Shown: positions 29,430-39,370 of the stretch, piece after piece
Numbering within the stretch: the stretch's first letter is position 1
How the letters are laid out: every line of letters begins with the position of its first letter
NCBI GenBank assembly: GCA_026387835.1
Contig: JAPLKZ010000013.1
Location: 89,254 to 153,253, forward strand
DNA from: Candidatus Saganbacteria bacterium
Lineage (GTDB): Bacteria; Margulisbacteria; WOR-1; JAKLHX01
Reading direction: 5' to 3'
DNA length: 64,000 bases
The notes under the pieces: generated by a model
The model's database searches: none
The model's input: the letters and a program-made list of their open reading frames with translations, nothing else
Told to the model about the DNA's origin: nothing
Program-made: the position numbers and the translations under genes

Positions 29430-29768
29430 ATGGAAGGTCCAAAAGTTATAACCTTGGCCTATGATTTCATAAAATGGGCCATTCCTCATATTGTGAAGTT
29501 TCCAAGAAATCAAAGATACACGCTTGGGGAACGGGTTGAAAACAAACTATTCTTCCTTCTGGAACTTCTCATTGAAGCTCAGTATTCTAAAGACAAAGCT
29601 AATGTGCTTAAGAAAGCGAACATGGAAATTGAGCAGACACGATATTTATTCCGTTTATGCCATGACTTGCGGCTGATCAATTTAAAAACCTACGAATTGT
29701 CTTCAAGGCAGTTGATGGGAATTGGGGCGCAGGTCGGGGGATGGATCAAGCAGCAAAATACCAAATGA
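29430..29768 (+). CDS. avd: DGR accessory variability determinant (four-helix-bundle, 23S rRNA IVS protein family)
   Basis: 112 aa; family-typical N-terminus (LAYDFIKWAIPHIVKFPRNQRYTLGERVENKLF); stop overlaps the RT start (ATGA). Confidence 0.75.
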   Translation: MEGPKVITLAYDFIKWAIPHIVKFPRNQRYTLGERVENKLFFLLELLIEAQYSKDKANVLKKANMEIEQTRYLFRLCHDLRLINLKTYELSSRQLMGIGAQVGGWIKQQNTK

Positions 29769-30397
29769 AGCGCCACGGTTATTTATTCGATAAGATCACT
29801 TCTTTTGAAAATCTCTTAAAAGCCTCACGAAAAGCTCAGAGGGGTAAACGCTTCAAGAATTCCACGGCCGAATTTAACTTAAAAATAGAGTCCGAACTGC
29901 TGGAACTGCAAAGAGAACTGCAAGAGGCAACTTATCGAATAGGCAGCTATAAACAATTCTACATTTATGACCCAAAGAAACGGTTAATCAACGCCTTGTC
30001 TTACAGAGACAGGGTTGCTCAGCATGCTTTATGCAATGTTATCGAGCCGATATTCGATAACGGATTAATTTATGATAGTTACGCCTGCAGGAAAGATAAA
30101 GGCAGCCATAGGGCTGTCAGCCGGTTTGCGATGTATTGCCGCAAGAATAAATATGCCTTGAAGTGCGACATTAAAAGCTATTTTGCCTCAATAGATCACG
30201 GCCTCTTGTTTGACATGATCATGAAAAAAATTAAAGACCCGGATGTAATACAGCTGATTAACTTGATCCTTGATTCAACCCCTTCTCCCGGAATTCCAAT
30301 CGGGAATTTGGCCAGCCAAATATTCGCCAATCTTTATCTTAACGGACTTGACCATTATTTAAAGCAACCTTCGAGATTGAAATCGACCCCCGCTTAG
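29765..30397 (+). pseudogene. DGR-type reverse transcriptase, 3-prime truncated (N-terminal about 210 aa only)
   Basis: N-terminal RT motifs (MKRHGYLFDKI, YIYDPKKRLINALSYRDRVAQHALCNVIEPIF, DSYACRKDKGSHRAV, QIFANLYLNGLDHY); ORF stops before the YxDD active-site region. Confidence 0.75.
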
Positions 30398-30428
30398 CAG
30401 TCCGCAGCAAGCAGTCTGCAAGCTGCGG
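30394..30428 (+). repeat. TTAGCAG...GCAGCAAGCAGTC...CTGCGG motif (copy 2) at the RT breakpoint
   Basis: Overlaps the stop of the truncated RT ORF; related to copies 1 and 3. Confidence 0.5.
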
Positions 30429-30438
30429 TCCAACTCCC

Positions 30439-31038
30439 TCAAACAAACCCAAACTTCCCCTTCGGTTTGCTTTCGTCTTTCAATATCTTGTTGATCGCGC
30501 TGAAGAGACTGATGATGTCCTGGTCGTGCCGCCCGATCTTGTGCTCTATCTCTGACAGCTTCTGGATCAACTCTTTGTTGAATGTAAGCAACTGCCTAAT
30601 TTTTACGAATGCTCTCATTATGGCTATATTGACCTGGATGGCCCGTTTGCTTGTAAGTACAGAGGAAAGCATGGCTATTCCTTGTCCTGTAAATGCGTAT
30701 GGAAGGTATTTGATATGTCGTCCGCGCATGGAATTTGGGTCATGCTTGTGGTCGAATTTCTTTAAGGTTGCAAAATGCAACCTTAAACAATCCAATTCTT
30801 CCCATGTGAGTTGGAACATAAAATCTTTGGGAAATCTTGAAATATTTCTATTTACTTGCTGTTTTAATCTTTTGATGCTTTCCTCATATAATGGAGCCAG
30901 GTCGGCATCCAACATGACTTTCTGGCCTCTTAAAAGGAAGATACTGGACTCTATTGATTCGGCGGAAATAATCATACTGTTGGATTTTTCAACATCTTGG
31001 TCTACGGATGCCTTTTTGTTACGCACACTTTTTGGCAT
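30439..31038 (-). CDS. ORF6N-domain protein (KilA-N-like DNA-binding family common in mobile elements)
   Basis: 199 aa; ...RGQKVMLDADLAPLYEESIKRLKQQVNRNISRFPKDFMFQLT...KYLPYAFTGQGIAMLSSVL. Confidence 0.75.
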   Translation of the reverse strand: MPKSVRNKKASVDQDVEKSNSMIISAESIESSIFLLRGQKVMLDADLAPLYEESIKRLKQQVNRNISRFPKDFMFQLTWEELDCLRLHFATLKKFDHKHDPNSMRGRHIKYLPYAFTGQGIAMLSSVLTSKRAIQVNIAIMRAFVKIRQLLTFNKELIQKLSEIEHKIGRHDQDIISLFSAINKILKDESKPKGKFGFV

Positions 31039-31140
31039 AAATATCCTCTCTTTCCCGGATCAAGGCTTAAAGCCAGCAGCTTACAAATGGTCAATGAGCA
31101 ATTTATCCGCCACGACAAAGGCTCTATCGCTAGGGTTCTA

Positions 31141-31171
31141 TTAGCAGCAAGCAGTCCGCAGACTGCGGAAC
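31141..31171 (+). repeat. TTAGCAGCAAGCAGTCCGCAGACTGCGG motif (copy 3)
   Basis: Flanks the ORF6N gene on the side opposite copy 2; contains palindrome CCGCAGACTGCGG. Confidence 0.5.
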
Positions 31172-31217
31172 TTGTTTCATCATAATTATTTTTTTCACCG
31201 TGATATAATTAGTTGAA

Positions 31218-34200
31218 ATGCCGAAAAGAAACGACATAAAAAAAATAATGCTCATCGGTTCCGGGCCGATCGTCATCGGCCAGGCGTGCGAGTTCGATTA
31301 TTCGGGAACGCAGGCGTGCAAGGCCTTAAAAGAAGAAGGATACAAGATCATCCTTGTGAACAGCAACCCGGCGACAATAATGACGGACCCGGAGTTCGCT
31401 GACAGGACCTATATCGAACCGATAACACCGGAGATAGTTGAAAAAATAATAGCGATAGAAAGACCGGATGCTCTGCTTCCGACGATCGGGGGACAGACGG
31501 CCTTGAACACGACCGTGGCTTTAGGTGATTCAGGCGTCTTTAAAAAGTACGGAGTCGAACTTATAGGCGCCAGCCTCGACTCTATAAAAAAAGCGGAGGA
31601 CAGGCATCTTTTCAAGGAGGCCATGAAAAACATCGGCCTTAACATGCCGAAAAGCTATTCTGTCTACAGTTCCGAAGAAGCGGTCAAGATTATCGGTGAC
31701 ATAGGGTTCCCGGCGATAATCAGGCCGGCTTTCACCCTGGGAGGCACGGGCGGGGGGATCGCGTACAATATCGAAGAATTGAAAGAAAAAGTAGCTCAGG
31801 GTGTATTTCTGAGCAGGATCGGACAGGTCCTGATCGAGGAATCGGTCATAGGATGGAAGGAATACGAGCTTGAGGTGATGCGCGACCTGAAGGATAATGT
31901 AGTCATAATCTGCTCGATAGAGAACTTCGATCCTATGGGCATCCACACGGGAGACAGCATCACGGTCGCGCCCGCCCAGACGCTGACCGACAAGGAGTAC
32001 CAAAGATTAAGGAATTATTCCATAGCCGTGATGAGGGAGATCGGAGTTGATACCGGCGGTTCTAACATCCAGTTCGCCGTAAATCCGGAGAACGGCAGGG
32101 TAGTAATAATAGAGATGAACCCGCGCGTCTCCAGAAGTTCGGCGCTCGCTTCAAAAGCGACAGGATTCCCGATAGCAAAGATCGCCGCCAAGCTTGCCGT
32201 GGGGTACACTTTGGACGAGATCCCTAACGACATCACAAAAAAGACCCCAGCCTCGTTCGAACCGACGATAGATTATGTAGTCACCAAGATCCCGCGGTTC
32301 GCTTTCGAGAAATTTCCCGGAGCCGACCAGACGCTCAATATACAGATGAAATCAGTCGGAGAGGCAATGGCGATCGGAAGGACTTTTAAGGAATCGCTCC
32401 AGAAAGCTCTCAGATCGATCGAGACAGGCGCCTGCGGGCTTGATGATATCAAAGATGAAAAAGAAAAAAGCGTAAGCGGACACAGCGAAGATGAACAGTC
32501 GCTGCAATTATCGATCTATGACAGGCCTAAGACAGAGACCGGAGATATACCGCTTGAAAAAATAAAAGAAAAGATCAGTATCCCCAATCCGGAAAGGCTG
32601 TTCTATATCAAAAAAGCATTTCAATCCGGCATTTCACTGGAAGACGTCTGCAAATTATCAAAGATCGACAAATGGTTCCTGGACAATATTTTGCAGATCG
32701 TCTCGATGGAGGAAAAGATCAAGAACGGGAAGTCCTCTGTAAAGATGACCGGAGACAGGTACGATATTGATGCAAAATTATTACTGGAAGCGAAAAGATG
32801 CGGATTTTCTGACAAACAGATAGCAAGGATGTGGGATATGACCGAGCATGAGGTGGCAAGTGCCCGAAAGAATGCCGGCATCATTCCGGCGTATAAGACG
32901 GTCGATACTTGCGCGGCGGAGTTCGAGGCGTATACACCATATTACTATTCTACTTACGAAAAAGAGGACGAGGTCGCGCCGTGCAAAAAACCGAAGATCA
33001 TGATCCTCGGGGGAGGGCCCAACCGGATCGGACAGGGCATCGAGTTCGATTATTGCTGCTGCCATGCCTCGTTCGCCCTGAAAGAGGACGGCTACGAGAC
33101 TATAATGGTCAACTGCAATCCCGAAACTGTCTCGACAGATTACGATACTTCCGACAGGCTGTATTTTGAGCCTATGACTTTTGAGGACATAATGCACATA
33201 GCGGAGCGCGAAAAACCCATCGGCGCGATAGTCCAGTTCGGCGGCCAGACGCCCCTTAAACTGGCGGTCCCGCTTGAGAAAGCCGGGCTGAAGCTTCTGG
33301 GGACATCGTCCGAATCAATAGATATAGCAGAGGACAGGAAAAGGTTTGAACAGATGCTTGAAAAACTGGAAATACCCCGTCCCAACAACGGGATGGCCAT
33401 GTCTTACGAAGAAGCAAATGTTGTCGCAAAAAGAATCGGTTATCCAGTGCTGGTGAGGCCGTCATATGTCCTTGGAGGAAGAGCGATGCAGATAGTATAT
33501 GATGACGGGATGCTGCGCGATTATATGAAGAACGCGGTGAACGTGTCTCCCGACCATCCTGTCCTGATCGACCAGTTCCTGGAGGATGCGATCGAGATCG
33601 ACGTGGATTGTGTTTCGGACGGCAGGGATGTCATCATCGCAGGGATAATGGAGCACATTGAAGAAGCGGGGATACACAGCGGTGACAGCGCATGCGTGCT
33701 TCCTCCGTTCTCCATCGGAGAAGAAATAATAAAAAAAATAAAAGAATACACCTATGCCATGGCTAAAAAGCTGAAGGTCTCGGGGCTCATGAACGTCCAG
33801 TACGCTATCAAAAGCGATAAAGTATATGTGCTTGAAGTGAACCCGCGCGCGTCGCGCACTGTCCCGTTCGTAAGCAAAGCGACCGGTGTCTCATGGGCGA
33901 AGATCGCGGCAAGGGTCATGGCAGGCAAGACTTTAAAAGAACTGAAAGTGAAGGAGGCAGTGCCTGATCATTTGTCTGTCAAAGAAGTGGTCCTCCCGTT
34001 CATAAAGTTTTCCAAACAGGATACCGTTCTTGGCCCGGAGATGAAATCCACCGGCGAGGTCATGGGGATCTCGAACAACCTCGGTGAAGCGTTCGCAAAA
34101 GCCCAGATCGGTGCCGGAGAAAATATCCCGGTCAAAGGCACCGTTTTTATTTCTGTCAGGGACAGGGACAAACGTCCGATCGTCCCGATCGCAAAGATGC

Positions 34201-34532
34201 TGTCCACCCTGGGCTTTGATATCATCGCGACCGAAGGGACGGCAAATGCCCTCGGCAGGTCGGGTATAGATGTGAGAAAAATAAAAAAAGTCAGCGAAGG
34301 CAGGCCGAACATAGCGGATGAGATAAAATCCGGGAAGATCGATCTTGTTATCAACACACCTCAGGGCAAAGGCCCGAGATCCGACGAATATTCGATCAGA
34401 AGAGAGGCGCTGCTCGGCAAAATACTGGTGGTAACGACCATCCCCGGCGCGCAGGCGATCACCGGGGCGATCGAATATTTGACAAAGTCACAGTTGACAG
34501 TGAAGGCGCTTCAGGAGTATTTTAGTAAATAA
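31218..34532 (+). CDS. carB: carbamoyl-phosphate synthase large subunit
   Basis: 1104 aa; duplicated ATP-grasp halves and C-terminal MGS-like domain; no carA adjacent. Confidence 0.95.
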   Translation: MPKRNDIKKIMLIGSGPIVIGQACEFDYSGTQACKALKEEGYKIILVNSNPATIMTDPEFADRTYIEPITPEIVEKIIAIERPDALLPTIGGQTALNTTVALGDSGVFKKYGVELIGASLDSIKKAEDRHLFKEAMKNIGLNMPKSYSVYSSEEAVKIIGDIGFPAIIRPAFTLGGTGGGIAYNIEELKEKVAQGVFLSRIGQVLIEESVIGWKEYELEVMRDLKDNVVIICSIENFDPMGIHTGDSITVAPAQTLTDKEYQRLRNYSIAVMREIGVDTGGSNIQFAVNPENGRVVIIEMNPRVSRSSALASKATGFPIAKIAAKLAVGYTLDEIPNDITKKTPASFEPTIDYVVTKIPRFAFEKFPGADQTLNIQMKSVGEAMAIGRTFKESLQKALRSIETGACGLDDIKDEKEKSVSGHSEDEQSLQLSIYDRPKTETGDIPLEKIKEKISIPNPERLFYIKKAFQSGISLEDVCKLSKIDKWFLDNILQIVSMEEKIKNGKSSVKMTGDRYDIDAKLLLEAKRCGFSDKQIARMWDMTEHEVASARKNAGIIPAYKTVDTCAAEFEAYTPYYYSTYEKEDEVAPCKKPKIMILGGGPNRIGQGIEFDYCCCHASFALKEDGYETIMVNCNPETVSTDYDTSDRLYFEPMTFEDIMHIAEREKPIGAIVQFGGQTPLKLAVPLEKAGLKLLGTSSESIDIAEDRKRFEQMLEKLEIPRPNNGMAMSYEEANVVAKRIGYPVLVRPSYVLGGRAMQIVYDDGMLRDYMKNAVNVSPDHPVLIDQFLEDAIEIDVDCVSDGRDVIIAGIMEHIEEAGIHSGDSACVLPPFSIGEEIIKKIKEYTYAMAKKLKVSGLMNVQYAIKSDKVYVLEVNPRASRTVPFVSKATGVSWAKIAARVMAGKTLKELKVKEAVPDHLSVKEVVLPFIKFSKQDTVLGPEMKSTGEVMGISNNLGEAFAKAQIGAGENIPVKGTVFISVRDRDKRPIVPIAKMLSTLGFDIIATEGTANALGRSGIDVRKIKKVSEGRPNIADEIKSGKIDLVINTPQGKGPRSDEYSIRREALLGKILVVTTIPGAQAITGAIEYLTKSQLTVKALQEYFSK

Positions 34533-34578
34533 CCTTGGTGAAGACGCCACGGAAATATTTTTTGAGGGAGGTGAAAAG

Positions 34579-34722
34579 ATGGAAGCATACTGCGTGAAAT
34601 GCAAAAGCAAGAAAGAGATGAAAGATGCAAAGGAAGTCAAGCTTAAAAACGGGAGACCGGCTACGACAGGGACCTGCGGGACCTGCGGAACTAAAATGTT
34701 CAGAATAGGAGCGTCAAAGTAA
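34579..34722 (+). CDS. small zinc-ribbon protein (47 aa), not in the supplied ORF track
   Basis: MEAYCVKCKSKKEMKDAKEVKLKNGRPATTGTCGTCGTKMFRIGASK; CxxC-N25-CxxC; RBS gagggagg; stop abuts dnaE start. Confidence 0.5.
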   Translation: MEAYCVKCKSKKEMKDAKEVKLKNGRPATTGTCGTCGTKMFRIGASK

Positions 34723-34723
34723 A

Positions 34724-37700
34724 ATGTCCGGGGCCTCCGATTTTATCCACCTTCATGTCCACAGCGAATTCAGCCTTCTGGACGGAGCGTGCAGGATACG
34801 GGATATCATCAAGAAGGCCGGTAATCTGGGTATGGATGCGGTCGCGGTCACCGACCACGGTAACATGTATGCCGCGATCAGGTTCTACTTTGAAGCCAAA
34901 GCGGCCGGCATCCATCCCATAATCGGCTGCGAAGCGTATCTTGCGCCCAGGACGAGGTTTGATAAAGAGACAAAAGAAGACCGCTCGCCTTACCATATCA
35001 CCTTGATAGCAAAGGATCTGATCGGTTACCACAATCTTTTGTCTCTTGTCACGCTGTCAAATACCGAAGGATTTTACTCAAAGCCCCGTATAGACAAGGA
35101 CCTTTTGGCAAAATACGGCAAAGGACTTGTCGTGCTTTCGGGGTGTCTGGGGGGAGAGATACCTTCCCTTATTCTTTCGGGGAACCGGGACGAAGCGGAA
35201 AAGACCGCGTCCGATATGAAAGATATGTTCGGCGGCGATTTTTACCTCGAGGTCATGGACAACGACCTGCCGGAACAAAGACCGGTAAACAATGTTCTTT
35301 TTGAGATATCAAAAAAACTGGCCATCCCTTGTGTCGCCACCAATGACTGCCATTATATCGATAAAGACGATTCCCCCGCCCAGGACACGCTGCTGTGCAT
35401 AGGCACGGGAAGATTTGTCGACGAAGAATCCCGGATGAGGTTCGGAAGCAGCGAGTTCTACATGAAATCCGGGGAGGAAATGGCGGCGTTGTTCACGGAT
35501 ATGCCGGAAGCCATCAGCAATACCCGAGAAATAAGAGAAAAATGCGGTTTCAAGATCGAGACAGGGAAGCTCCATTTTCCTGATTTTCCGGTACCAAAAG
35601 GAGAGACTTCTTTTTCATTCCTTCGCGATCTTGCAGGAGAAGGGATAAAAAAGAGATACGGCAGTTCTCCGCGCAAAGAGGTCACGGACAGGCTGGAGTA
35701 TGAACTTTCCGTGATCGACAAGATGGGATACGCGCCATTCTTTCTGGTTGTCCAGGATTTTATCAATTACGCTAAAGATAAAGGAATTGAAGTAGGCCCC
35801 GGAAGAGGTTCGGCTGCCGGAAGCATAGTCTCCTACGCTGTCGGGATAACAGAGGTCGATCCCCTGAAATACAATCTGATCTTTGAAAGGTTCCTGAACA
35901 TCGAGAGAGTCACCATGCCTGATATCGATACCGATTTCTGCTTCCAGCGGCGCCAGGAAGTCATCGATTATGTGATAAAAAAATACGGGGAGGACCATGT
36001 CGCGCAAATAATCACGTTCGGCACAATAAAAGCGCGCGCATCGATCAGGGATGTCGGCAGAGTCCAGAGAATGCCGCTTTCCGATGTGGACAGGATAGCA
36101 AAGCTTATCCCTGATTCTGTCGACGCGACCATAGATAAAGCCCTTTCATCGGTAAAGGAATTCAAGGACTTGTACGAAAGCGATACTGCGACAAAGGACC
36201 TGATAGATACCGCGAGGACGCTCGAGGGACTGACAAGGCACGCGTCGGTCCATGCGGCCGGAGTGGTTATCTCGCAGAGGCCGCTTGTGGAATATGTCCC
36301 GTTGCAGCTCATGAACGAGACTCAGATGGTGACGCAATACTCTATGAAGGACCTGGAAAAAATAGGCCTACTGAAGATGGATTTTCTCGGCCTCAGGAAC
36401 CTGACGATGATTGCTGAAGCAGTAAAACTTATAGAAAAAAAGACGGGGGCCAGGCCCGACATAAAAAATATCCCGTTTGATGACCAGCAGACATTTGACC
36501 TGCTCTCCAAAGGCGAGACGATGGGGATATTTCAGCTTGAAAGCCGGGGGATGAGGGCCTTGATCAAAGAACTGAAACCTGACAGGTTCGAGGATATCAT
36601 TGCGTTGAACGCCCTCTACCGGCCGGGCCCTCTTGAAAGCGGTATGGCTAAGGATTTTACGGACAGGAAAAAAGGGCTGACAAAAACAAAATATGAACTT
36701 GCCGAACTTGAGCCGATACTAAAGGAGACATACGGCGTCATACTTTATCAGGAGCAGGTAATGGAGATCGCCAGTTCGATCGCCGGATTTACGATGGGTG
36801 AAGCTGACGTTCTGCGTTATGCCATGGGCAAAAAAAATACCCGCGAAATGGCAAAACAAAGGGAAAAGTTCATCAAAGGCACATTAGAAAAAGGGTTTTC
36901 TCAGAAGAAAGCTAAAGAGCTTTTTGATCTTTGTGAGCATTTCTCGGGATATGGCTTCAATAAATCACATAGCACAGCGTACTCGATAATCTCTTACCAG
37001 ACAGCATATCTCAAAGCTCATTATCCGAAAGAATTCATGGCGGCGCTGCTGACCTCGGTCATCGGGGACACCGACAAGATAACCTCCTATATCGTGGAAT
37101 GCTTGAGGATGGGCATCAGCGTCCTTCCGCCGGACATAAATGAGAGCGGGAGGGATTTTTCCGTGAGCGAAAAGGGTGTCCGTTTCGCGCTTGCGGCTGT
37201 GAAGAACATAGGGTTCAATGCGATAGACGCTATCGTCGCACAAAGGGCAGAATCGGGGAGTTTCGTTTCTTTTGAGAAATTTTGCGAGAGGATGGACCAG
37301 AGAGCGGTAAATAAAAAAGTCATCGAAAGCCTGATAAAATGCGGAGCTTTTGATTCTACCGGAGAGGACAGGGGCGTGCTGTTGTCACGATATGAAAAAG
37401 TATTATCCCGGGTCAACAAAGTTTCCTCTGTGCATCACAAGCGACAGACCAACCTGTTCGGCGAGAGCGTCAACCTGTCCGCTGTCCAGGAAGAACCTGA
37501 AGCGGAAAATGCCGCGGTATTTTCAAAAGAGCAGATACTAAGGATGGAGAAAGAAATGCTAGGGGTGTATCTTTCCGGGCATCCCATGCAGGGCGTGAGC
37601 GAGCAGATGGAATTACTGTCAAATACCAAGATCTCCGACATAGCGCATGAAAAAGAGGGTGCAAATGTCAGGGTCGGAGGGGTATTCAGCGGGGTGCGAA

Positions 37701-38146
37701 AGGTCACCACGCGCAAAAAAGAAACGATGGCGGTAGCGCGTTTTGAAGACCTTACGGGATCGATACAGGTCGTTATTTTTCCAAGGACCTATGAAAGGTA
37801 TTCTTCCATGATAGTCGAGGATGTCCCTGTTATACTGAAAGGGAGAGCTGATTTTAAGAACGATGAACTGCAGGTGATCTGCGAGGAGATAGAGATCCTT
37901 GACAGGGTGAAGACAAAAAGGGGTATGCATATAGAGATACCTCAAAGGCTTCTGCAGGAAGATATCTCAAGGCTCAAGACCGTATTTGCGGTATTCCCGG
38001 GAGCGGAGGCTACATTCCTGCATATCGGCGGCAAGGTGATATCGGCTTCAGAGAACTACAGGATATCGATCTCTCCGGCCCTCATCGACCAGGTGGAAAA
38101 GATCACGGGTAAAGGATCTACATGGATAACGTTCCACGAGACTTAA
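34724..38146 (+). CDS. dnaE: DNA polymerase III alpha subunit
   Basis: 1140 aa; PHP domain N-terminus (HLHVHSEFSLLDG), polymerase core, OB-fold. Confidence 0.95.
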   Translation: MSGASDFIHLHVHSEFSLLDGACRIRDIIKKAGNLGMDAVAVTDHGNMYAAIRFYFEAKAAGIHPIIGCEAYLAPRTRFDKETKEDRSPYHITLIAKDLIGYHNLLSLVTLSNTEGFYSKPRIDKDLLAKYGKGLVVLSGCLGGEIPSLILSGNRDEAEKTASDMKDMFGGDFYLEVMDNDLPEQRPVNNVLFEISKKLAIPCVATNDCHYIDKDDSPAQDTLLCIGTGRFVDEESRMRFGSSEFYMKSGEEMAALFTDMPEAISNTREIREKCGFKIETGKLHFPDFPVPKGETSFSFLRDLAGEGIKKRYGSSPRKEVTDRLEYELSVIDKMGYAPFFLVVQDFINYAKDKGIEVGPGRGSAAGSIVSYAVGITEVDPLKYNLIFERFLNIERVTMPDIDTDFCFQRRQEVIDYVIKKYGEDHVAQIITFGTIKARASIRDVGRVQRMPLSDVDRIAKLIPDSVDATIDKALSSVKEFKDLYESDTATKDLIDTARTLEGLTRHASVHAAGVVISQRPLVEYVPLQLMNETQMVTQYSMKDLEKIGLLKMDFLGLRNLTMIAEAVKLIEKKTGARPDIKNIPFDDQQTFDLLSKGETMGIFQLESRGMRALIKELKPDRFEDIIALNALYRPGPLESGMAKDFTDRKKGLTKTKYELAELEPILKETYGVILYQEQVMEIASSIAGFTMGEADVLRYAMGKKNTREMAKQREKFIKGTLEKGFSQKKAKELFDLCEHFSGYGFNKSHSTAYSIISYQTAYLKAHYPKEFMAALLTSVIGDTDKITSYIVECLRMGISVLPPDINESGRDFSVSEKGVRFALAAVKNIGFNAIDAIVAQRAESGSFVSFEKFCERMDQRAVNKKVIESLIKCGAFDSTGEDRGVLLSRYEKVLSRVNKVSSVHHKRQTNLFGESVNLSAVQEEPEAENAAVFSKEQILRMEKEMLGVYLSGHPMQGVSEQMELLSNTKISDIAHEKEGANVRVGGVFSGVRKVTTRKKETMAVARFEDLTGSIQVVIFPRTYERYSSMIVEDVPVILKGRADFKNDELQVICEEIEILDRVKTKRGMHIEIPQRLLQEDISRLKTVFAVFPGAEATFLHIGGKVISASENYRISISPALIDQVEKITGKGSTWITFHET

Positions 38147-38167
38147 TCTCTTCAAGGAGGTGTAAAG

Positions 38168-38479
38168 ATGGAATTAAGATTTAACAAAGACGGGCTTGTC
38201 CCGGCCATCGCCCAGGATCATAAGACAGGGGATGTCCTGATGCTCGCCTACATGAACGCCGAGTCGCTTGAAAAGACCCTGAAAGACAAGAAGGCGTGGT
38301 ACTGGAGCAGGAGCAGGAACAAACTATGGATGAAAGGGGAAACTTCCGGAAATGTCCAGCGGGTCAAGGAGGTCTTATATGACTGCGATGAGGACGCGAT
38401 ACTATTAAAGGTAGAGCAGACCGGACCTGCCTGCCATACCGGCAACCGCAGTTGTTTTTACAGGAAATTTGAATTATAA
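38168..38479 (+). CDS. hisI: phosphoribosyl-AMP cyclohydrolase
   Basis: 103 aa; [46 protein letters not shown]. Confidence 0.9.
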   Translation: MELRFNKDGLVPAIAQDHKTGDVLMLAYMNAESLEKTLKDKKAWYWSRSRNKLWMKGETSGNVQRVKEVLYDCDEDAILLKVEQTGPACHTGNRSCFYRKFEL

Positions 38480-38486
38480 TTAATAT

Positions 38487-39233
38487 ATGGACAAAGTCGA
38501 ACTGGAAGTAAAATTAAGAAAAGACAAACCTAACCGCGTCAGAAACAGCGGGGCAGTGCCTGCGGTAATCTACGGTAAGGATTTTGAGACCCTTTCCGTG
38601 GAAGTGGACGCTAAAAAGATGTCGACGCTTTTCGGCGCGGGATCAAATAAAAACGTCCTGATAACACTGAAAGTCCATGACGGGAAAAAATTGTCGGACT
38701 TTCCGGTCCTGGCGCACGAAATACAAACTAATGCCTTGAACGACAATATCTCCCACATAGACTTCTTGAGAATAAACATGAAAGAAGAAATAAAGACAAA
38801 AGTATCCGTAATATCGATCGGTGAAGCCACAGGCGTGAAACTTGACGGCGGAATACTGGTACAGGCGCTCAGGCAGATAGAAGTAAAATGTCTGCCGGCA
38901 GACATACCCGGCAAGATCGAAATAGATGTAACGGCTTTGAAGATCGGCGATTCGATCCATGTCGGAGATATCACTCCTCCAAAAGGCGTGACGATCACGT
39001 CTACCAGGGACGATGTGGTCATCACGGTCACGATGCCGACCAAGGAAGAGGAAGTGGCCCCTGTTGCGGCCGCTGTCGTTGAAGGTGTGGTAACGGAGGA
39101 AGGCGCAGTGCCGGCAGAAGGTGCAGCGGCGGTTGAAGGCGCCGAACCGCAAAAAGACAAAGATAAAGACAAGGAAAAAGTTCCTGCAGAAGCAGCGGCA
39201 AAAGCAAAAGCTCCTCAAAAACCATCTAAATAA
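38487..39233 (+). CDS. rplY: 50S ribosomal protein L25 (Ctc form) with Ala/Glu/Lys-rich C-terminal tail
   Basis: 248 aa; L25 beta-barrel N-terminal domain plus low-complexity extension. Confidence 0.85.
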   Translation: MDKVELEVKLRKDKPNRVRNSGAVPAVIYGKDFETLSVEVDAKKMSTLFGAGSNKNVLITLKVHDGKKLSDFPVLAHEIQTNALNDNISHIDFLRINMKEEIKTKVSVISIGEATGVKLDGGILVQALRQIEVKCLPADIPGKIEIDVTALKIGDSIHVGDITPPKGVTITSTRDDVVITVTMPTKEEEVAPVAAAVVEGVVTEEGAVPAEGAAAVEGAEPQKDKDKDKEKVPAEAAAKAKAPQKPSK

Positions 39234-39319
39234 AACAGAAAAATCACCCGCAAGTTTAAGACCTTAGAAAGCGATATATTATATAGACAGCGGTGTTTTT
39301 GTCAGCCGCATTAGTTTCG

Positions 39320-39348
39320 TTGACTTTATTGCGGCGAGAAGGTATCAT
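39320..39348 (+). promoter_or_regulatory. sigma-70-like promoter candidate (TTGACT-17 bp-TATCAT)
   Basis: Located about 25 nt upstream of the RBS of the ORF at 39371. Confidence 0.4.
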
Positions 39349-39370
39349 TTTGAAAAAGGAGGAGTAAGTC

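Noticed and set aside
28697-30397. Calling the DGR active
   Set aside because: The RT ORF ends before the catalytic region and no template repeat matching the target 3-prime end was found by eye.
28507-31171. Integron attC interpretation of the repeated AGCAGCAAGCAGTC motif
   Set aside because: No RYYYAAC/GTTRRRY core sites and no intI-like gene were seen; kept only as an unclassified repeat.
30467-31185. Plus-strand ORFs of 225 and 62 aa overlapping the ORF6N gene
   Set aside because: Antisense to the ORF6N-domain gene, which has clear family resemblance.
38570-39218. Long minus-strand ORFs (200 and 191 aa) antisense to rplY
   Set aside because: Shadow ORFs inside a well-supported ribosomal protein gene.
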